From contig JBFWNU010000005.1 of NCBI GenBank assembly GCA_050250895.1, positions 547,396-611,395 of the forward strand: 64,000 bases of DNA, given 5' to 3'. The notes under the pieces were generated by a model. The model searched no databases. It had not been told where the DNA came from and saw only the letters and a list, made by a program, of their open reading frames with translations. A program made the position numbers and the translations under genes. This stretch comes from Vulcanimicrobiota bacterium (GTDB lineage Bacteria; Vulcanimicrobiota; Xenobia; Xenobiales; JADMJV01). Of the stretch, positions 55,163-64,000 are shown in pieces; position 1 is the first letter of the stretch; each line of letters starts with the position of its first letter.

Positions 55163-58100
55163 CTAGAGCTCGCCCTCATCGTGCCGAATGCGGGCCGCGT
55201 CGCCTCGATACGCTTCCGCCACCCTCCTAACGCTAGTGGCGAACCGAATGAAGCCATGCTCCTCGAGCTGCTCGGCCTTCTCTTCATAGCCAACGGCCAG
55301 ATCCAACTCTGGCTGGCCCGCCGGGTCGATGTAGTGGGCACCGCGCAAGTTGCGGCAGCCAATCTCGAAGCCGAGACGCATATATTCCGCATCTCCGCGA
55401 TTCAAAGCCTCGGCCACGGCATGCGGAATCCAGAGGCCGCTCGGGTCGGCCGGACAGTGAACCAAAACCTGGCCGGTGTGCTCTGCTGCCGCACGAAGAT
55501 GGCCGGTCTCACCGGCCCGTTGCTCCGCTCGCTCCAACCAGTCTTTGAAGAGAGCCTCGTCAAACTCATCACCCGAGCGGCCAGGCGGTAGCTGCCAATC
55601 GGTGAAGAGCCGCCAGACCAGCCGTGCCTTGCGCCTTGAGGTCTCGGAATCCGCCTTCGCCTCCTCGCCCTCTGGCCGATACAGCAGCGTGAGCAGACCA
55701 CAGAAAAACTCAGGGTCTCGACTGAGGCGCCGGTGCAGGGTCTTCGGCGCACCCTGAGCATGCCGACCGAGCCACGAAAGGTAGGTCCACTCTAGTTCCT
55801 CGAGATCGGCCTCGGGTACACTGGGGTCTGCTTGCAAAGTCGCCAGCAATGCGACCACCAGGTGCTCATGCCAGGAACGCAACTGGGGTGACGACCCGCT
55901 CTCCCGCAGGGCCCGAATGCATTGCTTCCAGTTCAGTGGCTGTTTCTCGTAGCGCATCCGGTCGAGGCAGTCGAGGGCATCGAGGGGCCGACCGAATTCG
56001 AGAAGCTTGTCGATTCCCAACTCCAGGTTGCCCTGGCCGGGCGACGGTGCCCTGGTCTTACTCCAATACATCCCTTCTGAGTCGCCTAGCCACTTTTCAA
56101 CTCGCTTCCAGGTGGGCTGGCCGAACGGCAAGTGGCTGAGAAAGGCTGCCGTTTGTCCGAGCGCCCAGCTTTCCCGAGCGAGTGCATCAACCCAGGCCCA
56201 ACCTTGGTCAAACAGACGGCGTCGAATATAGCCATCCAGAAGCCCCGACAGTTTGGTGTCATCCGTCATGAGAAGGTCTGGGATCAGCTCTTGCTCGACT
56301 TGCAGGCCTGCGTTCGCGGCGAGGGCGGTCCCCACGCCCCTTGCGTCCTCGACAGACACCGCAAACTCGAGCAGCCCAGCCATATCTGAGTGGCGCAAGA
56401 TGGCCTCGACAGCCCGCTGGCGACGGGCGGACAATTCCTCTTCCCAATTCTCGAGTTCCAGATCGAGCCACGGTCCGTGGCCAAAGAGGTGTCGGTACAA
56501 GTGCCCAGGGTCGGCCGGAGCTAACCGCTTGGCAACCGCTTCCAAGTCGTTCAGCGTTTTGGCGCCGAGTGACCAATCAGCCTCCGGGCACCTACGATGC
56601 CTGTGGATGAGTTCAGTCAATTGCTCCCAGATTGGGCAACGTTCCGCATCGGGCAGCTCGACCACGCTCTTCGAACCGAGGAATTCCAGTAGTCGATTCG
56701 ACGCAACTCCCGAAAGGTGATCAAAATCCGCGGTTAGTTCGACGAGTCTCTTAGGATGCTCCACGGCCATTTCAACGGCGAGATTCGAGAGGGCATCGGT
56801 CTGGTCGTGGAATTCCTGGTAGGTAATCGGCTTGTCCCAGTCCGGCAGAGGGGCGCCCCACTTCGGTTGATTGGTGTCCGTGGAGATCTGGTGCTGATTT
56901 GGCAGAAGGCTGCGGAGCAGCGTCCAGGCGACATCGGGGAGCTCGTTTCTTAGCGCTCGCAGGGCCGCTTCGCGCTTGTTGAAGGGGGCCAGCGTCTGCG
57001 CTCGCCAGGGCAGGAAGATCATCGTCAGCGAGTTCTCCGCCCGGTTCGCGTACGTCCCGCCGGGATCACGGTTGGCCAGTTCGCCCAGGATCAAGACCGT
57101 ACGCGGGAATAAGATCGGGTCCCAGGCTAGAGTCTCTAATGCCCACAGCAGTCCAGTGGTGTAGCTGCGGCCCAAAATAGTCGTGCCCTCTTGCCTAAAG
57201 AGTTCGTCGAAGAGTGCGGGTGTGCGTCCAAGTGCACGTTCCAGGATGGAGAGGAACACCGTTGGGGCCGCCTCGGCCAGGGCAGGAAGAAAGGCGTCCA
57301 AGCTGGCCCACCGGGCCCAATCGAACTCATCGAGAAGCTTTCTGACCACCTCGGCTGTCGTAGCTTCAGCTTTGCCGTGTGTGCAGCGGGTAAGGGCCGC
57401 TGGCTGCTGACCCAACAGGGCCACACAGGCGGCCACCCCTTCCTTCAAAGCCTCGGAGAACCTGGGCACCTTTCCGCGCACCCCAGCGGCGTATCGCTCC
57501 TCCTTGGGTAGCTCAAGCCCAGGATCGAATTCGCCCAACACTTCCAGGGCGAGTTGACCTATCGCGTCCAGGTGGTCATCGAAGAGTCGAGTCCCAAGCT
57601 CACCCCAGAGCTTCTTTCTCGCGCGAACTCTCCAGACTCCGTCCCGCACGACGATCAGGCCCTCTGCCTGGACTGCCAGCGCCCGAAGTGGCTGGATCCA
57701 GGTCTTGTAGTCTGAAGACGCTAGTGAGTGGATCGCGAGCAAGTCCGCCTCGTGATTCTCGGACCACGAACCCAGCAGGTTGGCTACTGCCAACGAAGTG
57801 GCGTACTCTTGGGGGATTTCCGGCAAGCCCGGGCGAGAACGGGCCAATTCACTCGGAAAGGGCACCGTCGTGCGTTTTCTGAACGCGTCCAACAAATCGT
57901 CGGGCAGGTTCTCGCGGGTGACGGTGCCCCCCGCCTGGTTGAACGCCTGAACGATATCAACGACTCGGCTCCATAGGTTCTGAGGCTCGGGATGTTCGAA
58001 CTGAGCGATGTGAGAGCGCAGCAGCGATATCACCACTCCGAGATCTCCGCCCAGGTCGTAGCCCAGGAGGTAGAAGTGACGCAAGAATTGGTAAAGGTCG

Positions 58101-58669
58101 TAGTCCGATACGGGCCGGGGATAGTTCGCCCGGTCGAGATGAAACCTGATTGCAGAGAGCTTCTCGATGGCCTTGCTGGGGCTGACTTTCTTCTTCTTAA
58201 CAGTTTTAAAGAAGTCCTCAGCCCCATCCCTGACGCGCGCTTGGTCCAGCAACCAACCGACCGCGCGATGGTCGGTGGCGTTCAGCGGACCAGTAATAAG
58301 GGCAATTCGGTCGCGACCCTTCTCGAACAGCCGCGGGTTGTTGTAATCGCGCCAGGCGGCGGCCAGCACTTCTGCCAGAGTCGTGTCCTTTCTGGTGAAT
58401 GCGATAGTATGCTTGATTTGGCAGAGTAGCTTCTGAGCTTGCTCGGCCCGTTTGCCCTGAACGAAGATGATAGCATCGTCGGTCTCGTACCCCTCGCTCT
58501 TGCCCTGAAGCTTGATACGAACGACAGGCCAGCAGGCCGTTCCGGGGGCGAACCCGCCGGTGAGCATCAAAAGCACGAACGACGCCTGGATGTGGGCTTC
58601 GAAGTGCGTCCCGCCACCGCCCGTCGAGAACGGATTGCTCAGGTTCTTTTGCCGGTAGGGGTCAGACAC
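55163..58669 (-). CDS. Large nuclease-helical protein (candidate antiphage protein)
   Basis: SNPFSTGGGGTHFE...TDDAII...CQIKH nuclease domain; about 900-aa helical region (LAEAAP..FL, LLWALETLAW, DPGG..ANR). Confidence 0.8.
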   Translation of the reverse strand: MSDPYRQKNLSNPFSTGGGGTHFEAHIQASFVLLMLTGGFAPGTACWPVVRIKLQGKSEGYETDDAIIFVQGKRAEQAQKLLCQIKHTIAFTRKDTTLAEVLAAAWRDYNNPRLFEKGRDRIALITGPLNATDHRAVGWLLDQARVRDGAEDFFKTVKKKKVSPSKAIEKLSAIRFHLDRANYPRPVSDYDLYQFLRHFYLLGYDLGGDLGVVISLLRSHIAQFEHPEPQNLWSRVVDIVQAFNQAGGTVTRENLPDDLLDAFRKRTTVPFPSELARSRPGLPEIPQEYATSLAVANLLGSWSENHEADLLAIHSLASSDYKTWIQPLRALAVQAEGLIVVRDGVWRVRARKKLWGELGTRLFDDHLDAIGQLALEVLGEFDPGLELPKEERYAAGVRGKVPRFSEALKEGVAACVALLGQQPAALTRCTHGKAEATTAEVVRKLLDEFDWARWASLDAFLPALAEAAPTVFLSILERALGRTPALFDELFRQEGTTILGRSYTTGLLWALETLAWDPILFPRTVLILGELANRDPGGTYANRAENSLTMIFLPWRAQTLAPFNKREAALRALRNELPDVAWTLLRSLLPNQHQISTDTNQPKWGAPLPDWDKPITYQEFHDQTDALSNLAVEMAVEHPKRLVELTADFDHLSGVASNRLLEFLGSKSVVELPDAERCPIWEQLTELIHRHRRCPEADWSLGAKTLNDLEAVAKRLAPADPGHLYRHLFGHGPWLDLELENWEEELSARRQRAVEAILRHSDMAGLLEFAVSVEDARGVGTALAANAGLQVEQELIPDLLMTDDTKLSGLLDGYIRRRLFDQGWAWVDALARESWALGQTAAFLSHLPFGQPTWKRVEKWLGDSEGMYWSKTRAPSPGQGNLELGIDKLLEFGRPLDALDCLDRMRYEKQPLNWKQCIRALRESGSSPQLRSWHEHLVVALLATLQADPSVPEADLEELEWTYLSWLGRHAQGAPKTLHRRLSRDPEFFCGLLTLLYRPEGEEAKADSETSRRKARLVWRLFTDWQLPPGRSGDEFDEALFKDWLERAEQRAGETGHLRAAAEHTGQVLVHCPADPSGLWIPHAVAEALNRGDAEYMRLGFEIGCRNLRGAHYIDPAGQPELDLAVGYEEKAEQLEEHGFIRFATSVRRVAEAYRGDAARIRHDEGEL

Positions 58670-58685
58670 GAAGGTCGGTCAGCCG

Positions 58686-60350
58686 TCAGGCAAGACTCTC
58701 CTGAAAAGGATCGATGTCGTCCCTGAGCTCGGCATAAACACTGGCCAGGGCTGAAGCCAACCGCTTCCTACCGATTCTAACCCAAGTCTCATCATCAACC
58801 TCGCCCAACTCATCGGCCACTCTGAAAGCATACAAGAAAATGTCCTGGCGCCACGCTTCTTCAAGGGCGGGGACCACCGCAGAAAGCCCTATCGCTGTCC
58901 TGCCGTCCCTTGCCCGTCCAGACAACTGATGCAGCACACCGGACTTTTGAGCGACAATCTTATCGTCTCCCTTGACCTTGAAGCCGGCGGTGCACTCTAC
59001 GAGATACCAGCCTTCGCCGGTGTCGGCGTTCAGTTTGTGCTGAACCTCGTTGAGAAACTTCCTCCCGCCGGGGCTCTCCATGGCGTAGCGGCCCAACACG
59101 TAGAGGGGGTCCTCATGGACCAACGATCGTGTCTTGATTTGTTCGTTGAGTTCGTCCCTTAGACGGCTCCCAAATTCCCGGTAGTCGTCGAGCCGCTTCC
59201 ACAGCGGGACCGCCCATCGTTCGCGGAGCAACAGCGCACGAAGTGCAGCCCGCAATCGTTGGCCAGCCACATATTCCATTTCCAAGTCGCCGCGTTCGAG
59301 TTCGCCCAGCAATTCTTCAAGCTTAGACTCTACATACGAGTCCCCCAGCAAGGTGTAAGGACTGTTCTGGGAGGGCTCGTCTGGGGGAGGCTCCGGAAGC
59401 GTGCCCTTAGGCGCATAGTGATTGGCTGCTCGGAAGCACCGGCCGTCAATTCGCCCCAAATCTCGCGCGCGGCCCAGAGCATACCGAAAGAAGGCAGTGG
59501 CCATGACCACCCGGTGATGAAAGTGAACCCAACGATAGATCTTGTAGCGTTCCTGAAGGAGAGACTCGATGGCACTGAGGGCGTCGCTGCTTGGTCGGAT
59601 GAAGATTTCCCGAATGCTCTGGTTCGGCGCACGGTCCAGGTAGATTCGGAAAGACTTCACCAACCTCTCCTGTCCGTAGTGCCCGAACTCGCCCCCACTC
59701 GTGAGCCCATCTCGAAGCACGAAGTCCATGCGATCAGCATCAATGACAGCGTCGATAAGACTCTTGATGGCCCGCAACGCGAGATTCCCAACTTCAATGC
59801 CCATCATACGGGCCACGAACGCGGTTAGCGGCTCGGTTGTGAGGTGCTCTTGTACTATCTCGCGGCCGTTGAACTCGTGCCACTTCTTCAACCACTTATC
59901 CGGGGCCGAAGCTACACGCTCGCTGCCATAAATGGCATCGAAATCCAGGCAGCTTTCCATCAGGTGGGAAAAGGGTGGATGACCGATGTCATGCAAGAGA
60001 CCGTATAGCCTGCCCAGGCTAATGGCCAACTCCTCGATGGCCGGGCCGCCAGCCTGACTCCCGGTCTCGATTGCCAAGCAGTCCAGAAAGGTCTTCACGG
60101 CCCCGTCATCGCTAGACTCGAGGGCGGACTGCATGCAGAGGCCGGCCAAGTGCATTGCCCCGAGCGAGTGCTCGAAACGCGTGCCGTGCATCGAGGGATA
60201 AACAGCCGACGAAACGTCGTTTTGCCGGACGCGTTTTAGGCGTTGGCACCAGGGACTGTCGATGAGTCTACGCTCTCGGTCATCAAAGTCGATGTAGCTA
60301 TGCACCAAATCCTTGATGGTGTGTTTCTTAATTGGGAGACCCCCCGACAT
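58686..60350 (-). CDS. HD-domain dNTP triphosphohydrolase (SAMHD1/YwfO-like)
   Basis: IKDLVH, QRLKRVRQ, RFEHSLG, LLHDIGH.PFSH, DADRMDF..RD, VHFHH. Confidence 0.9.
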   Translation of the reverse strand: MSGGLPIKKHTIKDLVHSYIDFDDRERRLIDSPWCQRLKRVRQNDVSSAVYPSMHGTRFEHSLGAMHLAGLCMQSALESSDDGAVKTFLDCLAIETGSQAGGPAIEELAISLGRLYGLLHDIGHPPFSHLMESCLDFDAIYGSERVASAPDKWLKKWHEFNGREIVQEHLTTEPLTAFVARMMGIEVGNLALRAIKSLIDAVIDADRMDFVLRDGLTSGGEFGHYGQERLVKSFRIYLDRAPNQSIREIFIRPSSDALSAIESLLQERYKIYRWVHFHHRVVMATAFFRYALGRARDLGRIDGRCFRAANHYAPKGTLPEPPPDEPSQNSPYTLLGDSYVESKLEELLGELERGDLEMEYVAGQRLRAALRALLLRERWAVPLWKRLDDYREFGSRLRDELNEQIKTRSLVHEDPLYVLGRYAMESPGGRKFLNEVQHKLNADTGEGWYLVECTAGFKVKGDDKIVAQKSGVLHQLSGRARDGRTAIGLSAVVPALEEAWRQDIFLYAFRVADELGEVDDETWVRIGRKRLASALASVYAELRDDIDPFQESLA

Positions 60351-60358
60351 GCCGGCAC

Positions 60359-60721
60359 CTAGACCAGAACAGGCAGCTTGAGGAGGTCGATGGCGTGGTT
60401 GCGGAGGTAGGCAAAGTAGGGCCCGACGCCTTCCGTTGGACTTAGCGTCGCGGTCATCCAATCAGCCTGGTCCCACCCTGGCCCTCCAAAACGCTGTTCC
60501 GCGCCCTCGTTGCTAAAGCAGGCGTTGAGATGGCCCTTCTGAGTCAGGTCCAGCAGAACGTCACTGAGCGTCCCCCCCGCCCATTGGAAAAACCGGCACT
60601 CTGGGTCGCGCTCCACGTAGGCCTGCAGCTTCTCAATCAGCGCCGGCACGGTCGCGCGCTCTCCGACAAGCTCCAGAACCAGCAATTTGGCTGCCAAATA
60701 CTTCCGATACTCTTCCGACAC
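60359..60721 (-). CDS. Small hypothetical protein (possible winged helix)
   Basis: GTG60721 after a GGAGG SD; stop lies 8 bp before the HD gene start. Confidence 0.55.
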   Translation of the reverse strand: MSEEYRKYLAAKLLVLELVGERATVPALIEKLQAYVERDPECRFFQWAGGTLSDVLLDLTQKGHLNACFSNEGAEQRFGGPGWDQADWMTATLSPTEGVGPYFAYLRNHAIDLLKLPVLV

Positions 60722-61099
60722 AGAACCTCCGCACGCTTGTTCGTGAAAAATCTTCAACTCCGAAACCTTCGTGGTCTGGCTCGACCTACCTCCTACCTCT
60801 TGGCTCCGCTGGCCGCCAGGGCAACCGAGCGGCCGGAGCGATGGGATATTAGGTCCTCGCGAACGACCAGGGTCTGAGTTCGGAGGATACCGACGCTTTG
60901 GCCGCCTCGCTGCTAGACGATTGCCTTCCAAAGACGCCTTTGAGCTAAGCGACTTGAGATGGTTTTCGAAGAGCCCGGCGTTGCCCAGAGAGTCGAAACC
61001 TCGGCAGTTGTCCGGACGTTGCTTGAGTTTCAGCCCGTCGCGTTGGAGCCGCGACCACGGCTTGCGGTCGCTCTACAGAGGGGAGGGCGAACTCCCACT

Positions 61100-62653
61100 C
61101 TAAAAGCGCACCACCTCGCCAGGCTCCGTCGGGCCATAGAGCACCGCCGCCAGCACCTCTCCTTGCTCATTCACGACACAAATATTGTCCCCATCCTCTG
61201 GCAAGTGCACGTCCGAGCCCTTCAAGCTAAACTGCCGGGGGCCGAACAGTTCACCCTGCAAGCCCATTGTGGCACCGCCCGAACACAAACTACAGCCGTC
61301 CAGGCGGAAAGCGATGCAGGCCTGGGTATCCAGTTCTACCCACTGCGGTCTACCGTCGGCCGGCCTCGGAAGGGCCGCCGTGATGATGACGTCCCCTTCG
61401 TTGTCAAGCGTGCGACCCGATACTCGCTCCTCCAAAACCTGAGACGGATGATCACTCGGCAAATGCTCATCCAAGTAGTCCGCCCAGTCGTCTAGCTCCG
61501 GAACTCCCAGGCGCTGATAGCTGCGTCGATGAGCCTCAAAGCGGATGCGATCGAGGGGAAACCAGAAACTGATACCATGTAGTCCGACCGCGATCCCTCG
61601 GAGTTCCAGGAAACAAAGAACTTCGGTCAAGTAACATCGGGCCAGCCGAGATGCGGCCTCGCTAAGTGGTTGCCCCTCGGTGCTTCTCGTGAGCTGTTGA
61701 GCAAAGTCTAGCAGGTCGACCATATCTCGGTTGCTCGACTCCCGGGCGCTCAGAAGACTGATTCTCGCCAGCTTGTTGAAGGTTGCAGCGCCACCGTGGC
61801 GCGCCACCGTGACCAGCTCATGAAAGGTCGTTAAGAGGCGGCGGGGGTTTCGGTATGAAGCCATCACCAGAGGCCGCGCGCGGAGTTGCTGGGCGAATTG
61901 CAGCTCCCAGGATGCTTTGACCACGAGGGCCCAGTCCTCCGCACTCTTGGGCGGGAACATGGACAACGCTCTGAGCAGCAACTCATAGTTCCAGCCCGAC
62001 CCGGGCACAGTCGTTTCAGCCCCTGCGAGGACCTCTGCCCGGTCGTGGAGGGCCGCCACCAATTCCAAAGTGCCGCATAAGCAAGCATCCACAAAAAGAA
62101 GATCGAGTTTCTCGGCTCGCTTCGTCCGTTCGAAGGCATGCCGAACGGCGTTTTTGATGGTCTGAATCGATAGGCTACTGCTGAACACCTTTCCGGGAAC
62201 GATGGGATCCGTGACGATTCTGGGTCGCTGGAAAAAGCCCTCACCGTGTCCCAAGAAGCCCACCCCAAACCTCGTGGCCGGTAAGTAGCTGATAAGTCCG
62301 CGAGCGAGAAACCATCCCATCACGTTGGTGCAGTTGGTGTCCATCAGACCGATGTTCTCCACCAATCGAATTCCCCGGTTGCTCACCTCAAAGATTCCGC
62401 TGTCGACTGCAGCGCCGGTCAGCATCATCAGAACGGCCACGTTAGAGTCCTGGCCGACCAGACCTCTAGCCATCTCTTGTACGTCCTCGTAGATGTTCCC
62501 GATGAGGTCGTTGCAAGCCGCCAGGACGGCGAGGATGACGTGGCCTCTAATGGGACCGACATCAAATGGCCTCAGCGTGAAAAACTCCTCTGGGGTTATT
62601 ATTGGTTCCGGAAATCGAAACTCAAAATTGAATGCCTCTAGGCTTGTGCTCAT
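61100..62653 (-). CDS. Clostripain-family (C11) cysteine peptidase with C-terminal lamin-tail-like domain
   Basis: ACNDL, FLGHGEG (His), LFVDACLCG.LE (Cys), AE..VPGSGWNY, HGISFWFP; C-terminal ITAALPRP...WVEL...GDNI. Confidence 0.8.
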   Translation of the reverse strand: MSTSLEAFNFEFRFPEPIITPEEFFTLRPFDVGPIRGHVILAVLAACNDLIGNIYEDVQEMARGLVGQDSNVAVLMMLTGAAVDSGIFEVSNRGIRLVENIGLMDTNCTNVMGWFLARGLISYLPATRFGVGFLGHGEGFFQRPRIVTDPIVPGKVFSSSLSIQTIKNAVRHAFERTKRAEKLDLLFVDACLCGTLELVAALHDRAEVLAGAETTVPGSGWNYELLLRALSMFPPKSAEDWALVVKASWELQFAQQLRARPLVMASYRNPRRLLTTFHELVTVARHGGAATFNKLARISLLSARESSNRDMVDLLDFAQQLTRSTEGQPLSEAASRLARCYLTEVLCFLELRGIAVGLHGISFWFPLDRIRFEAHRRSYQRLGVPELDDWADYLDEHLPSDHPSQVLEERVSGRTLDNEGDVIITAALPRPADGRPQWVELDTQACIAFRLDGCSLCSGGATMGLQGELFGPRQFSLKGSDVHLPEDGDNICVVNEQGEVLAAVLYGPTEPGEVVRF

Positions 62654-62873
62654 GAAGCCCCCATTGCGACGAACGTCAGATATTTCGTTGGGATTTCGCT
62701 GGAACCTCACCCAAACCTCCGGATTGGCCCTCTCTATATAGCCGCACCCCTGACTGGGCATTGAAGCTGATTATTAGCCATTGGCGGAGGAGTCCATTCC
62801 TGACTTTCGAACCTCGTATTCATTCAACGCAGTTGGGGATGATGAATCCCCAACCAGACAGAAGGGGGAACCA

Positions 62874-63695
62874 ATGAAAAAATTCTTTGTGCTCGCATTC
62901 TTGCTGGCGCTGGTGGCATCGCCCGGGGCCGCATGGAATGCTGAAGGACACCGCACTGTAGCCCATGTCGCCGAGGCTGACCTGTCCGATGACGCGAAAG
63001 AAGAGATTCGAATCATCCTCCAGGAGCATCCGTATGACGAGGTCCGCTCATTGGCTGATTCCGCTGTATGGCCTGATGTGGTCCGCACCAACCCGGCCTA
63101 CCATCGTGCCAATTGGCACTACACCAACATCCCATTCTTCGATGGGATCGACGAACGGCCAGTGCCCTCCGAGACCGATATCCTATGGGCGATCAATCGA
63201 GTCACCCGCGATTTGAAGAATGAGCGAGCCACACGTCGACAGAAAGCGATAGCCCTGAGTTGGGCAGCCCACCTGATCGGCGACATCCATCAGCCACTCC
63301 ACGCTACCAGTCGGTATAGCTCCGATTTTCCGAGCGGTGACCGGGGCGGTAACAGCTTCCAGGTCAAGTTTGGCCAAAGGTCGGTGAAGCTTCACGGGTA
63401 CTGGGACTCTGCCGGCGGGCTCTACTGGCGTGGGGCCAACAGTGGCCGAGTTCGGCATATCGCGGACGACTTCCGTGAGGAAATGCCTCGCGTTGAAGGC
63501 GAGATGGCCATCGTTGACCCTCGGGCCTGGGCCGACGAGAGCTATCAACTAGCTCGGGACGTCGTCTACAAGGACCTGAATCCGGGTGACGTACTCTCCA
63601 ACGACTACGTCAACAAGGCCCGTGACACTTCCAAGAAGCGAATGACCCTGGCTGGCTATCGGTTGGCTGATTTTCTGAATCGAGTCTTCGAATAG
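62874..63695 (+). CDS. Secreted S1/P1 nuclease
   Basis: Signal peptide, then WNAEGH, WPD, WHY, HLIGDIHQPLH, DRGGN, LHGYWD. Confidence 0.95.
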   Translation: MKKFFVLAFLLALVASPGAAWNAEGHRTVAHVAEADLSDDAKEEIRIILQEHPYDEVRSLADSAVWPDVVRTNPAYHRANWHYTNIPFFDGIDERPVPSETDILWAINRVTRDLKNERATRRQKAIALSWAAHLIGDIHQPLHATSRYSSDFPSGDRGGNSFQVKFGQRSVKLHGYWDSAGGLYWRGANSGRVRHIADDFREEMPRVEGEMAIVDPRAWADESYQLARDVVYKDLNPGDVLSNDYVNKARDTSKKRMTLAGYRLADFLNRVFE

Positions 63696-63806
63696 GGACC
63701 GTGGCCATGCCATGATCGCGTCGTCCAGGGGCATCCTCCACGGTTGCCCCTGGCCCGTCCGTCGCGGAACAAGCTGCTCAACAGCAAGCGCGTCGTTCCC
63801 TCACCC

Positions 63807-63998
63807 CTACCGAGACTCGCTCTCGACCGGGCGCGCCACCGGCAACCAGCAAGGGTTCTTCTCCCACTCCGTAGTCGGCACCGCCTCGTCCTTGCGAATC
63901 ACCGGCCGCACATCGGTCCCATCCGGCCGCATCAGATACAACTGAGCCCCACCCTCGCGGGTCGACCAGAACACGATCCTCTTGCCATCCGGCGAAAA
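63807..63998 (-). CDS. TolB/PD40-repeat protein, C-terminal end (start outside window)
   Basis: FSPDGKRIVFWSTREGGAQLYLMRPDGTD...NPCW; stop at 63807. Confidence 0.75.
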   Translation of the reverse strand, partial: FSPDGKRIVFWSTREGGAQLYLMRPDGTDVRPVIRKDEAVPTTEWEKNPCWLPVARPVESESR

Positions 63999-64000
63999 GC

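Overview
GC-rich bacterial chromosome segment. The expanded prepilin-like/GspF genes, BTAD regulators and low-complexity orphan proteins resemble Ca. Eremiobacterota (WPS-2)-type genomes; this taxonomy is only an inference. 1-4.8 kb is the end of the spc/alpha ribosomal operon (adk, map, infA, rpmJ, rpsM, rpsK, rpsD, rpoA, rplQ), with a repeat-containing insertion between adk and map and a repeat block after the terminator. 5-45 kb is an accessory region: a LigC/primase-polymerase pair, metal and redox genes, an HNH element, three minor-pilin/PilX cassettes, two GspF genes, FHA-BTAD and REC-BTAD regulators, a Ser/Thr kinase, a histidine kinase and a cyclase-ATPase. Three orphan genes there share a 54-bp upstream motif with identical spacing. 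45.6-48.5 kb holds two tandem paralogues that appear to fuse LytTR-like domains to a Spo11/Topo VI-A-like Tyr+TOPRIM module. 48.7-63.7 kb looks like a defence island: an MBL-hydrolase operon, a truncated nuclease-STAND gene, a DUF6602-like nuclease, a 1168-aa nuclease-helical protein, an HD dNTPase, a clostripain-lamin-tail fusion and an S1/P1 nuclease. I saw no rRNA, tRNA, CRISPR array or transposase. All domain calls come from motifs read by eye, not from database searches.
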